A stretch of DNA of 64,000 nt. It comes from Auanema rhodensis (Eukaryota > Animalia > Nematoda). A program made the translations under genes and the position numbers. Location: assembly GCA_964057225.1 (NCBI GenBank), contig OZ059899.1, positions 4,464,001 through 4,528,000 of the forward strand. Direction: 5' to 3'. Below are positions 40,017-55,000 of the stretch, one piece after another. Position 1 is the stretch's first letter. Every line of letters begins with the position of its first letter. Under the pieces are notes generated by a model. The model made no database searches. It saw nothing but the letters and a program-made list of their open reading frames with translations, and was not told the DNA's origin.

Positions 40017-43000
40017 CTTTGCCTTGAAAAAAAAAATCTAAAAACATCTACTTTTTGCTAAATTATTTTGAAATTTTTCGAAAAAAATTTTGTCAAAATG
40101 TTTTTGGAAGCAATGTTGAGTGTACATGGAAACTCAACATACACTAATGCATCATTTTTCAAACGATCATAACTGATTTTTGTATTAAGCGTTTCTCAAT
40201 GTAGTATAGTGCATTCGATGCGGATTTTTAAGCTGCGTCGATCTGTGTTATCAGATTTGCGCTAGCTTAAAAATGCACCGAGATATCAACTGATATATGT
40301 TCACACTTATATCCTCGATTTTCACCCTGAAGAATCAATTTTTTCATTGAATAACATTGTCCATCGTCTTTGCCTTGAAAAAAGAAATCTAAAAACATCT
40401 ACTTTTTGCTAAATTATTTTGAAATTTTTCGAAAAAATTTTTGTCAAAATGTTTTTGGAAGCAATGTTGAGTGTACATGGAAACTCAACATACACTAATG
40501 CATCATTTTTCAAACGATCATAACTGATTTTTGTATTAAGCGTTTCTCAATGTAGTATAGTGCATTCGATGCGGATTTTTAAGCTGCGTCGATCTGTGTT
40601 ATCAGATTTGCGCTAGCTTAAAAATGCACCGAGATATCAACTGATATAAGTTCACACTTATATCCTCGATTTTCACCCTGAAGAATCAATTTTTTCGTTG
40701 AATAACATTGTCCATCGTCTTTGCCTTGAAAAAAGGAATCTAGAAGCATCTACTTTTTGCTAAATTATTTTGAAATTTTTCGAAAAAATTTTTGTCAAAA
40801 TGTTTTTGGAAGCAATGTTGAGTGTACATGGAAACTCAACATACACTAATGCATCATTTTTCAAACGATCATAACTGATTTTTGTATTAAGCGTTTCTCA
40901 ATGTAGTATAGTGCATTCGATGCGGATTTTTAAGCTGCGTCGATCTGTGTTATCAGATTTGCGCTAGCTTAAAAATGCACCGAGATATCAACTGATATAT
41001 GTTCACACTTATATCCTCGATTTTCACCCTGAAGAATCAATTTTTTCATTGAATAACATTGTCCATCGTCTTTGCCTTGAAAAAAGAAATCTAAAAACAT
41101 CTACTTTTTGCTAAATTATTTTGAAATTTTTCGAAAAAATTTTTGTCAAAATGTTTTTGGAAGCAATGTTGAGTGTACATGGAAACTCAACATACACTAA
41201 TGCATCATTTTTCAAACGATCATAACTGATTTTTGTATTAAGCGTTTTTCAATGTAGTATAGTGCATTCGATGCGGATTTTTAAGCTGCGTCGATCTGTG
41301 TTATCAGATTTGCGCTAGCTTAAAAATGCACCGAGATATCAACTGATATATGTTCACACTTATATCCTCGATTTTCACCCTGAAGAATCAATTTTTTCAT
41401 TGAATAACATTGTCCATCGTCTTTGCCTTGAAAAAAGGAATCTAGAAGCATCTACTTTTTGCTAAATTATTTTGAAATTTTTCGAAAAAATTTTTGTCAA
41501 AATGTTTTTGGAAGCAATGTTGAGTGTACATGGAAACTCAACATACACTAATGCATCATTTTTCAAACGATCATAACTGATTTTTGTATTAAGCGTTTCT
41601 CAATGTAGTATAGTGCATTCGATGCGGATTTTTAAGCTGCGTCGATCTGTGTTATCAGATTTGCGCTAGCTTAAAAATGCACCGAGATATCAACTGATAT
41701 ATGTTCACACTTATATCCTCGATTTTCACCCTGAAGAATCAATTTTTTCATTGAATAACATTGTCCATCGTCTTTGCCTTGAAAAAAGGAATCTAGAAGC
41801 ATCTACTTTTTGCTAAATTATTTTGAAATTTTTCGAAAAAATTTTTGTCAAAATGTTTTTGGAAGCAATGTTGAGTGTACATGGAAACTCAACATACACT
41901 AATGCATCATTTTTCAAACGATCATAACTGATTTTTGTATTAAGCGTTTCTCAATGTAGTATAGTGCATTCGATGCGGATTTTTAAGCTGCGTCGATCTG
42001 TGTTATCAGATTTGCGCTAGCTTAAAAATGCACCGAGATATCAACTGATATAAGTTCACACTTATATCCTCGATTTTCACCCTGAAGAATCAATTTTTTC
42101 GTTGAATAACATTGTCCATCGTCTTTGCCTTGAAAAAAGAAATCTAAAAACATCTACTTTTTGCTAAATTATTTTGAAATTTTTCGAAAAAATTTTTGTC
42201 AAAATGTTTTTGGAAGCAATGTTGAGTGTACATGGAAACTCAACATACACTAATGCATCATTTTTCAAACGATCATAACTAATTTTTGTATTATGCGTTT
42301 CTCAATGTAGTATAGTGCATTCGATGCGGATTTTTAAGCTGCGTCGATCTGTGTTATCAGATTTGCGCTAGCTTAAAAATGCACCGAGATATCAACTGAT
42401 ATATGTTCACACTTATATCCTCGATTTTCACCCTGAAGAATCAATTTTTTCATTGAATAACATTGTCCATCGTCTTTGCCTTGAAAAAAGAAATCTAAAA
42501 ACATCTACTTTTTGCTAAATTATTTTGAAATTTTCCGAAAAAATTTTTGTCAAAATGTTTTTGGAAGCAATGTTGAGTGTACATGGAAACTCAACATACA
42601 CTAATGCATCATTTTTCAAACGATCATAACTGATTTTTGTATTAAGCGTTTCTCAATGTAGTATAGTGCATTCGATGCGGATTTTTAAGCTGCGTCGATC
42701 TGTGTTATCAGATTTGCGCTAGCTTAAAAATGCACCGAGATATCAACTGATATATGTTCACACTTATATCCTCGATTTTCACCCTGAAGAATCAATTTTT
42801 TCATTGAATAACATTGTCCATCGTCTTTGCCTTGAAAAAAGGAATCTAGAAGCATCTACTTTTTGCTAAATTATTTTGAAATTTTTCGAAAAAATTTTTG
42901 TCAAAATGTTTTTGGAAGCAATGTTGAGTGTACATGGAAACTCAACATACACTAATGCATCATTTTTCAAACGATCATAACTGATTTTTGTATTAAGCTT

Positions 43001-46000
43001 TTCTCAATGTAGTATAGTGCATTCGATGCGGATTTTTAAGCTGCGTCGATCTGTGTTATCAGATTTGCGCTAGCTTAAAAATGCACCGAGATATCAACTG
43101 ATATAAGTTCACACTTATATCCTCGATTTTCACCCTGAAGAATCAATTTTTTCGTTGAATAACATTGTCCATCGTCTTTGCCTTGAAAAAAGAAATCTAA
43201 AAACATCTACTTTTTGCTAAATTATTTTGAAATTTTTCGAAAAAATTTTTGTCAAAATGTTTTTGGAAGCAATGTTGAGTGTACATGGAAACTCAACATA
43301 CACTAATGCATCATTTTTCAAACGATCATAACTAATTTTTGTATTATGCGTTTCTCAATGTAGTATAGTGCATTCGATGCGGATTTTTAAGCTGCGTCGA
43401 TCTGTGTTATCAGATTTGCGCTAGCTTAAAAATGCACCGAGATATCAACTGATATATGTTCACACTTATATCCTCGATTTTCACCCTGAAGAATCAATTT
43501 TTTCATTGAATAACATTGTCCATCGTCTTCGCCTTGAAAAAAGAAATCTAAAAACATCTACTTTTTGCTAAATTATTTTGAAATTTTTTGAAAAAATTTT
43601 TGTCAAAATGTTTTTGGAAGCAATGTTGAGTGTACATGGAAACTCAACATACACTAATGCATCATTTTTCAAACGATCATAACTGATTTTTGTATTAAGC
43701 GTTTCTCAATGTAGTATAGTGCATTCGATGCGGATTTTTAAGCTGCGTCGATCTGTGTTATCAGATTTGCGCTAGCTTAAAAATGCACCGAGATATCAAC
43801 TGATATATGTTCACACTTATATCCTCGATTTTCACCCTGAAGAATCAATTTTTTCATTGAATAACATTGTCCATCGTCTTTGCCTTGAAAAAAGGAATCT
43901 AGAAGCATCTACTTTTTGCTAAATTATTTTGAAATTTTTCGAAAAAATTTTTGTCAAAATGTTTTTGGAAGCAATGTTGAGTGTACATGGAAACTCAACA
44001 TACACTAATGCATCATTTTTCAAACGATCATAACTGATTTTTGTATTAAGCGTTTCTCAATGTAGTATAGTGCATTCGATGCGGATTTTTAAGCTGCGTC
44101 GATCTGTGTTATCAGATTTGCGCTAGCTTAAAAATGCACCGAGATATCAACTGATATAAGTTCACACTTATATCCTCGATTTTCACCCTGAAGAATCAAT
44201 TTTTTCGTTGAATAACATTGTCCATCGTCTTTGCCTTGAAAAAAGGAATCTAGAAGCATCTACTTCTTGCTAAATTATTTTGAAATTTTTCGAAAAAATT
44301 TTTGTCAAAATGTTTTTGGAAGCAATGTTGAGTGTACATGGAAACTCAACATACACTAATGCATCATTTTTCAAACGATCATAACTGATTTTTGTATTAA
44401 GCGTTTCTCAATGTAGTATAGTGCATTCGATGCGGATTTTTAAGCTGCGTCGATCTGTGTTATCAGATTTGCGCTAGCTTAAAAATGCACCGAGATATCA
44501 ACTGATATATGTTCACACTTATATCCTCGATTTTCACCCTGAAGAATCAATTTTTTCATTGAATAACATTGTCCATCGTCTTTGCCTTGAAAAAAGGAAT
44601 CTAGAAGCATCTACTTTTTGCTAAATTATTTTGAAATTTTTCGAAAAAATTTTTGTCAAAATGTTTTTGGAAGCAATGTTGAGTGTACATGGAAACTCAA
44701 CATACACTAATGCATCATTTTTCAAACGATCATAACTGATTTTTGTATTAAGCGTTTCTCAATGTAGTAAAGTGCATTCGATGCGGATTTTTAAGCTGCG
44801 TCGATCTGTGTTATCAGATTTGCGCTAGCTTAAAAATGCACCGAGATATCAACTGATATAAGTTCACACTTATATCCTCGATTTTCACCCTGAAGAATCA
44901 ATTTTTTCGTTGAATAACATTGTCCATCGTCTTTGCCTTGAAAAAAGAAATCTAAAAACATCTACTTTTTGCTAAATTATTTTAAAATTTTTCGAAAAAA
45001 ATTTTGTCAAAATGTTTTTGGAAGCAATGTTGAGTGTACATGGAAACTCAACATACACTAATGCATCATTTTTCAAACGATCATAACTGATTTTTGTATT
45101 AAGCGTTTCTCAATGTAGTATAGTGCATTCGATGCGGATTTTTAAGCTGCGTCGATCTGTGTTATCAGATTTGCGCTAGCTTAAAAATGCACCGAGATAT
45201 CAACTGATATATGTTCACACTTATATCCTCGATTTTCACCCTGAAGAATCAATTTTTTCATTGAATAACATTGTCCATCGTCTTTGCCTTGAAAAAAGAA
45301 ATCTAAAAACATCTACTTTTTGCTAAATTATTTTGAAATTTTTCGAAAAAATTTTTGTCAAAATGTTTTTGGAAGCAATGTTGAGTGTACATGGAAACTC
45401 AACATACACTAATGCATCATTTTTCAAACGATCATAACTGATTTTTGTATTAAGCGTTTCTCAATGTAGTATAGTGCATTCGATGCGGATTTTTAAGCTG
45501 CGTCGATCTGTGTTATCAGATTTGCGCTAGCTTAAAAATGCACCGAGATATCAACTGATATAAGTTCACACTTATATCCTCGATTTTCACCCTGAAGAAT
45601 CAATTTTTTCGTTGAATAACATTGTCCATCGTCTTTGCCTTGAAAAAAGGAATCTAGAAGCATCTACTTTTTGCTAAATTATTTTGAAATTTTTCGAAAA
45701 AATTTTTGTCAAAATGTTTTTGGAAGCAATGTTGAGTGTACATGGAAACTCAACATACACTAATGCATCATTTTTCAAACGATCATAACTGATTTTTGTA
45801 TTAAGCGTTTCTCAATGTAGTATAGTGCATTCGATGCGGATTTTTAAGCTGCGTCGATCTGTGTTATCAGATTTGCGCTAGCTTAAAAATGCACCGAGAT
45901 ATCAACTGATATATGTTCACACTTATATCCTCGATTTTCACCCTGAAGAATCAATTTTTTCATTGAATAACATTGTCCATCGTCTTTGCCTTGAAAAAAG

Positions 46001-49000
46001 AAATCTAAAAACATCTACTTTTTGCTAAATTATTTTGAAATTTTCCGAAAAAATTTTTGTCAAAATGTTTTTGGAAGCAATGTTGAGTGTACATGGAAAC
46101 TCAACATACACTAATGCATCATTTTTCAAACGATCATAACTGATTTTTGTATTAAGCGTTTCTCAATGTAGTATAGTGCATTCGATGCGGATTTTTAAGC
46201 TGCGTCGATCTGTGTTATCAGATTTGCGCTAGCTTAAAAATGCACCGAGATATCAACTGATATAAGTTCACACTTATATCCTCGATTTTCACCCTGAAGA
46301 ATCAATTTTTTCGTTGAATAACATTGTCCATCGTCTTTGCCTTGAAAAAAGGAATCTAGAAGCATCTACTTTTTGCTAAATTATTTTGAAATTTTTCGAA
46401 AAAATTTTTGTCAAAATGTTTTTGGAAGCAATGTTGAGTGTACATGGAAACTCAACATACACTAATGCATCATTTTTCAAACGATCATAACTGATTTTTG
46501 TATTAAGCGTTTCTCAATGTAGTATAGTGCATTCGATGCGGATTTTTAAGCTGCGTCGATCTGTGTTATCAGATTTGCGCTAGCTTAAAAATGCACCGAG
46601 ATATCAACTGATATAAGTTCACACTTATATCCTCGATTTTCACCCTGAAGAATCAATTTTTTCGTTGAATAACATTGTCCATCGTCTTTGCCTTGAAAAA
46701 AGGAATCTAGAAGCATCTACTTTTTGCTAAATTATTTTGAAATTTTTCGAAAAAATTTTTGTCAAAATGTTTTTGGAAGCAATGTTGAGTGTACATGGAA
46801 ACTCAACATACACTAATGCATCATTTTTCAAACGATCATAACTGATTTTTGTATTAAGCGTTTCTCAATGTAGTATAGTGCATTCGATGCGGATTTTTAA
46901 GCTGCGTCGATCTGTGTTATCAGATTTGCGCTAGCTTAAAAATGCACCGAGATATCAACTGATATATGTTCACACTTATATCCTCGATTTTCACCCTGAA
47001 GAATCAATTTTTTCATTGAATAACATTGTCCATCGTCTTTGCCTTGAAAAAAGAAATCTAAAAACATCTACTTTTTGCTAAATTATTTTGAAATTTTCCG
47101 AAAAAATTTTTGTCAAAATGTTTTTGGAAGCAATGTTGAGTGTACATGGAAACTCAACATACACTAATGCATCATTTTTCAAACGATCATAACTGATTTT
47201 TGTATTAAGCGTTTCTCAATGTAGTATAGTGCATTCGATGCGGATTTTTAAGCTGCGTCGATCTGTGTTATCAGATTTGCGCTAGCTTAAAAATGCACCG
47301 AGATATCAACTGATATAAGTTCACACTTATATCCTCGATTTTCACCCTGAAGAATCAATTTTTTCGTTGAATAACATTGTCCATCGTCTTTGCCTTGAAA
47401 AAAGGAATCTAGAAGCATCTACTTTTTGCTAAATTATTTTGAAATTTTTCGAAAAAATTTTTGTCAAAATGTTTTTGGAAGCAATGTTGAGTGTACATGG
47501 AAACTCAACATACACTAATGCATCATTTTTCAAACGATCATAACTGATTTTTGTATTAAGCGTTTCTCAATGTAGTATAGTGCATTCGATGCGGATTTTT
47601 AAGCTGCGTCGATCTGTGTTATCAGATTTGCGCTAGCTTAAAAATGCACCGAGATATCAACTGATATATGTTCACACTTATATCCTCGATTTTCACCCTG
47701 AAGAATCAATTTTTTCATTGAATAACATTGTCCATCGTCTTTGCCTTGAAAAAAGAAATCTAAAAACATCTACTTTTTGCTAAATTATTTTGAAATTTTT
47801 CGAAAAAATTTTTGTCAAAATGTTTTTGGAAGCAATGTTGAGTGTACATGGAAACTCAACATACACTAATGCATCATTTTTCAAACGATCATAACTGATT
47901 TTTGTATTAAGCGTTTTTCAATGTAGTATAGTGCATTCGATGCGGATTTTTAAGCTGCGTCGATCTGTGTTATCAGATTTGCGCTAGCTTAAAAATGCAC
48001 CGAGATATCAACTGATATATGTTCACACTTATATCCTCGATTTTCACCCTGAAGAATCAATTTTTTCATTGAATAACATTGTCCATCGTCTTTGCCTTGA
48101 AAAAAGGAATCTAGAAGCATCTACTTTTTGCTAAATTATTTTGAAATTTTTCGAAAAAATTTTTGTCAAAATGTTTTTGGAAGCAATGTTGAGTGTACAT
48201 GGAAACTCAACATACACTAATGCATCATTTTTCAAACGATCATAACTGATTTTTGTATTAAGCGTTTCTCAATGTAGTATAGTGCATTCGATGCGGATTT
48301 TTAAGCTGCGTCGATCTGTGTTATCAGATTTGCGCTAGCTTAAAAATGCACCGAGATATCAACTGATATATGTTCACACTTATATCCTCGATTTTCACCC
48401 TGAAGAATCAATTTTTTCATTGAATAACATTGTCCATCGTCTTTGCCTTGAAAAAAGGAATCTAGAAGCATCTACTTTTTGCTAAATTATTTTGAAATTT
48501 TTCGAAAAAATTTTTGTCAAAATGTTTTTGGAAGCAATGTTGAGTGTACATGGAAACTCAACATACACTAATGCATCATTTTTCAAACGATCATAACTAA
48601 TTTTTGTATTAAGCGTTTCTCAATGTAGTATAGTGCATTCGATGCGGATTTTTAAGCTGCGTCGATCTGTGTTATCAGATTTGCGCTAGCTTAAAAATGC
48701 ACCGAGATATCAACTGATATAAGTTCACACTTATATCCTCGATTTTCACCCTGAAGAATCAATTTTTTCGTTGAATAACATTGTCCATCGTCTTTGCCTT
48801 GAAAAAAGAAATCTAAAAACATCTACTTTTTGCTAAATTATTTTGCAATTTTTCGAAAAAATTTTTGTCAAAATGTTTTTGGAAGCAATGTTGAGTGTAC
48901 ATGGAAACTCAACATACACTAATGCATCATTTTTCAAACGATCATAACTAATTTTTGTATTATGCGTTTCTCAATGTAGTATAGTGCATTCGATGCGGAT

Positions 49001-52000
49001 TTTTAAGCTGCGTCGATCTGTGTTATCAGATTTGCGCTAGCTTAAAAATGCACCGAGATATCAACTGATATATGTTCACACTTATATCCTCGATTTTCAC
49101 CCTGAAGAATCAATTTTTTCATTGAATAACATTGTCCATCGTCTTTGCCTTGAAAAAAGAAATCTAAAAACATCTACTTTTTGCTAAATTATTTTGAAAT
49201 TTTCCGAAAAAATTTTTGTCAAAATGTTTTTGGAAGCAATGTTGAGTGTACATGGAAACTCAACATACACTAATGCATCATTTTTCAAACGATCATAACT
49301 GATTTTTGTATTAAGCGTTTCTCAATGTAGTATAGTGCATTCGATGCGGATTTTTAAGCTGCGTCGATCTGTGTTATCAGATTTGCGCTAGCTTAAAAAT
49401 GCACCGAGATATCAACTGATATATGTTCACACTTATATCCTCGATTTTCACCCTGAAGAATCAATTTTTTCATTGAATAACATTGTCCATCGTCTTTGCC
49501 TTGAAAAAAGGAATCTAGAAGCATCTACTTTTTGCTAAATTATTTTGAAATTTTTCGAAAAAATTTTTGTCAAAATGTTTTTGGAAGCAATGTTGAGTGT
49601 ACATGGAAACTCAACATACACTAATGCATCATTTTTCAAACGATCATAACTGATTTTTGTATTAAGCTTTTCTCAATGTAGTATAGTGCATTCGATGCGG
49701 ATTTTTAAGCTGCGTCGATCTGTGTTATCAGATTTGCGCTAGCTTAAAAATGCACCGAGATATCAACTGATATAAGTTCACACTTATATCCTCGATTTTC
49801 ACCCTGAAGAATCAATTTTTTCGTTGAATAACATTGTCCATCGTCTTTGCCTTGAAAAAAGAAATCTAAAAACATCTACTTTTTGCTAAATTATTTTGAA
49901 ATTTTTCGAAAAAATTTTTGTCAAAATGTTTTTGGAAGCAATGTTGAGTGTACATGGAAACTCAACATACACTAATGCATCATTTTTCAAACGATCATAA
50001 CTAATTTTTGTATTATGCGTTTCTCAATGTAGTATAGTGCATTCGATGCGGATTTTTAAGCTGCGTCGATCTGTGTTATCAGATTTGCGCTAGCTTAAAA
50101 ATGCACCGAGATATCAACTGATATATGTTCACACTTATATCCTCGATTTTCACCCTGAAGAATCAATTTTTTCATTGAATAACATTGTCCATCGTCTTTG
50201 CCTTGAAAAAAGGAATCTAGAAGCATCTACTTTTTGCTAAATTATTTTGAAATTTTTCGAAAAAATTTTTGTCAAAATGTTTTTGGAAGCAATGTTGAGT
50301 GTACATGGAAACTCAACATACACTAATGCATCATTTTTCAAACGATCATAACTGATTTTTGTATTAAGCGTTTCTCAATGTAGTATAGTGCATTCGATGC
50401 GGATTTTTAAGCTGCGTCGATCTGTGTTATCAGATTTGCGCTAGCTTAAAAATGCACCGAGATATCAACTGATATATGTTCACACTTATATCCTCGATTT
50501 TCACCCTGAAGAATCAATTTTTTCATTGAATAACATTGTCCATCGTCTTTGCCTTGAAAAAAGGAATCTAGAAGCATCTACTTTTTGCTAAATTATTTTG
50601 AAATTTTTCGAAAAAATTTTTGTCAAAATGTTTTTGGAAGCAATGTTGAGTGTACATGGAAACTCAACATACACTAATGCATCATTTTTCAAACGATCAT
50701 AACTGATTTTTGTATTAAGCGTTTCTCAATGTAGTATAGTGCATTCGATGCGGATTTTTAAGCTGCGTCGATCTGTGTTATCAGATTTGCGCTAGCTTAA
50801 AAATGCACCGAGATATCAACTGATATAAGTTCACACTTATATCCTCGATTTTCACCCTGAAGAATCAATTTTTTCGTTGAATAACATTGTCCATCGTCTT
50901 TGCCTTGAAAAAAGAAATCTAAAAACATCTACTTTTTGCTAAATTATTTTGAAATTTTTCGAAAAAATTTTTGTCAAAATGTTTTTGGAAGCAATGTTGA
51001 GTGTACATGGAAACTCAACATACACTAATGCATCATTTTTCAAACGATCATAACTAATTTTTGTATTATGCGTTTCTCAATGTAGTATAGTGCATTCGAT
51101 GCGGATTTTTAAGCTGCGTCGATCTGTGTTATCAGATTTGCGCTAGCTTAAAAATGCACCGAGATATCAACTGATATATGTTCACACTTATATCCTCGAT
51201 TTTCACCCTGAAGAATCAATTTTTTCATTGAATAACATTGTCCATCGTCTTTGCCTTGAAAAAAGAAATCTAAAAACATCTACTTTTTGCTAAATTATTT
51301 TGAAATTTTCCGAAAAAATTTTTGTCAAAATGTTTTTGGAAGCAATGTTGAGTGTACATGGAAACTCAACATACACTAATGCATCATTTTTCAAACGATC
51401 ATAACTGATTTTTGTATTAAGCGTTTCTCAATGTAGTATAGTGCATTCGATGCGGATTTTTAAGCTGCGTCGATCTGTGTTATCAGATTTGCGCTAGCTT
51501 AAAAATGCACCGAGATATCAACTGATATATGTTCACACTTATATCCTCGATTTTCACCCTGAAGAATCAATTTTTTCATTGAATAACATTGTCCATCGTC
51601 TTTGCCTTGAAAAAAGGAATCTAGAAGCATCTACTTTTTGCTAAATTATTTTGAAATTTTTCGAAAAAATTTTTGTCAAAATGTTTTTGGAAGCAATGTT
51701 GAGTGTACATGGAAACTCAACATACACTAATGCATCATTTTTCAAACGATCATAACTGATTTTTGTATTAAGCTTTTCTCAATGTAGTATAGTGCATTCG
51801 ATGCGGATTTTTAAGCTGCGTCGATCTGTGTTATCAGATTTGCGCTAGCTTAAAAATGCACCGAGATATCAACTGATATAAGTTCACACTTATATCCTCG
51901 ATTTTCACCCTGAAGAATCAATTTTTTCGTTGAATAACATTGTCCATCGTCTTTGCCTTGAAAAAAGAAATCTAAAAACATCTACTTTTTGCTAAATTAT

Positions 52001-55000
52001 TTTGAAATTTTTCGAAAAAATTTTTGTCAAAATGTTTTTGGAAGCAATGTTGAGTGTACATGGAAACTCAACATACACTAATGCATCATTTTTCAAACGA
52101 TCATAACTAATTTTTGTATTATGCGTTTCTCAATGTAGTATAGTGCATTCGATGCGGATTTTTAAGCTGCGTCGATCTGTGTTATCAGATTTGCGCTAGC
52201 TTAAAAATGCACCGAGATATCAACTGATATATGTTCACACTTATATCCTCGATTTTCACCCTGAAGAATCAATTTTTTCATTGAATAACATTGTCCATCG
52301 TCTTTGCCTTGAAAAAAGAAATCTAAAAACATCTACTTTTTGCTAAATTATTTTGAAATTTTTTGAAAAAATTTTTGTCAAAATGTTTTTGGAAGCAATG
52401 TTGAGTGTACATGGAAACTCAACATACACTAATGCATCATTTTTCAAACGATCATAACTGATTTTTGTATTAAGCGTTTCTCAATGTAGTATAGTGCATT
52501 CGATGCGGATTTTTAAGCTGCGTCGATCTGTGTTATCAGATTTGCGCTAGCTTAAAAATGCACCGAGATATCAACTGATATATGTTCACACTTATATCCT
52601 CGATTTTCACCCTGAAGAATCAATTTTTTCATTGAATAACATTGTCCATCGTCTTTGCCTTGAAAAAAGGAATCTAGAAGCATCTACTTTTTGCTAAATT
52701 ATTTTGAAATTTTTCGAAAAAATTTTTGTCAAAATGTTTTTGGAAGCAATGTTGAGTGTACATGGAAACTCAACATACACTAATGCATCATTTTTCAAAC
52801 GATCATAACTGATTTTTGTATTAAGCGTTTCTCAATGTAGTATAGTGCATTCGATGCGGATTTTTAAGCTGCGTCGATCTGTGTTATCAGATTTGCGCTA
52901 GCTTAAAAATGCACCGAGATATCAACTGATATATGTTCACACTTATATCCTCGATTTTCACCCTGAAGAATCAATTTTTTCATTGAATAACATTGTCCAT
53001 CGTCTTTGCCTTGAAAAAAGAAATCTAAAAACATCTACTTTTTGCTAAATTATTTTGAAATTTTTCGAAAAAATTTTTGTCAAAATGTTTTTGGAAGCAA
53101 TGTTGAGTGTACATGGAAACTCAACATACACTAATGCATCATTTTTCAAACGATCATAACTGATTTTTGTATTAAGCGTTTCTCAATGTAGTATAGTGCA
53201 TTCGATGCGGATTTTTAAGCTGCGTCGATCTGTGTTATCAGATTTGCGCTAGCTTAAAAATGCACCGAGATATCAACTGATATAAGTTCACACTTATATC
53301 CTCGATTTTCACCCTGAAGAATCAATTTTTTCGTTGAATAACATTGTCCATCGTCTTTGCCTTGAAAAAAGGAATCTAGAAGCATCTACTTTTTGCTAAA
53401 TTATTTTGAAATTTTTCGAAAAAATTTTTGTCAAAATGTTTTTGGAAGCAATGTTGAGTGTACATGGAAACTCAACATACACTAATGCATCATTTTTCAA
53501 ACGATCATAACTGATTTTTGTATTAAGCGTTTCTCAATGTAGTATAGTGCATTCGATGCGGATTTTTAAGCTGCGTCGATCTGTGTTATCAGATTTGCGC
53601 TAGCTTAAAAATGCACCGAGATATCAACTGATATATGTTCACACTTATATCCTCGATTTTCACCCTGAAGAATCAATTTTTTCATTGAATAACATTGTCC
53701 ATCGTCTTTGCCTTGAAAAAAGGAATCTAGAAGCATCTACTTTTTGCTAAATTATTTTGAAATTTTTCGAAAAAATTTTTGTCAAAATGTTTTTGGAAGC
53801 AATGTTGAGTGTACATGGAAACTCAACATACACTAATGCATCATTTTTCAAACGATCATAACTGATTTTTGTATTAAGCGTTTCTCAATGTAGTAAAGTG
53901 CATTCGATGCGGATTTTTAAGCTGCGTCGATCTGTGTTATCAGATTTGCGCTAGCTTAAAAATGCACCGAGATATCAACTGATATAAGTTCACACTTATA
54001 TCCTCGATTTTCACCCTGAAGAATCAATTTTTTCGTTGAATAACATTGTCCATCGTCTTTGCCTTGAAAAAAGAAATCTAAAAACATCTACTTTTTGCTA
54101 AATTATTTTAAAATTTTTCGAAAAAAATTTTGTCAAAATGTTTTTGGAAGCAATGTTGAGTGTACATGGAAACTCAACATACACTAATGCATCATTTTTC
54201 AAACGATCATAACTGATTTTTGTATTAAGCGTTTCTCAATGTAGTATAGTGCATTCGATGCGGATTTTTAAGCTGCGTCGATCTGTGTTATCAGATTTGC
54301 GCTAGCTTAAAAATGCACCGAGATATCAACTGATATATGTTCACACTTATATCCTCGATTTTCACCCTGAAGAATCAATTTTTTCATTGAATAACATTGT
54401 CCATCGTCTTTGCCTTGAAAAAAGAAATCTAAAAACATCTACTTTTTGCTAAATTATTTTGAAATTTTTCGAAAAAATTTTTGTCAAAATGTTTTTGGAA
54501 GCAATGTTGAGTGTACATGGAAACTCAACATACACTAATGCATCATTTTTCAAACGATCATAACTGATTTTTGTATTAAGCGTTTCTCAATGTAGTATAG
54601 TGCATTCGATGCGGATTTTTAAGCTGCGTCGATCTGTGTTATCAGATTTGCGCTAGCTTAAAAATGCACCGAGATATCAACTGATATAAGTTCACACTTA
54701 TATCCTCGATTTTCACCCTGAAGAATCAATTTTTTCGTTGAATAACATTGTCCATCGTCTTTGCCTTGAAAAAAGGAATCTAGAAGCATCTACTTTTTGC
54801 TAAATTATTTTGAAATTTTTCGAAAAAATTTTTGTCAAAATGTTTTTGGAAGCAATGTTGAGTGTACATGGAAACTCAACATACACTAATGCATCATTTT
54901 TCAAACGATCATAACTGATTTTTGTATTAAGCGTTTCTCAATGTAGTATAGTGCATTCGATGCGGATTTTTAAGCTGCGTCGATCTGTGTTATCAGATTT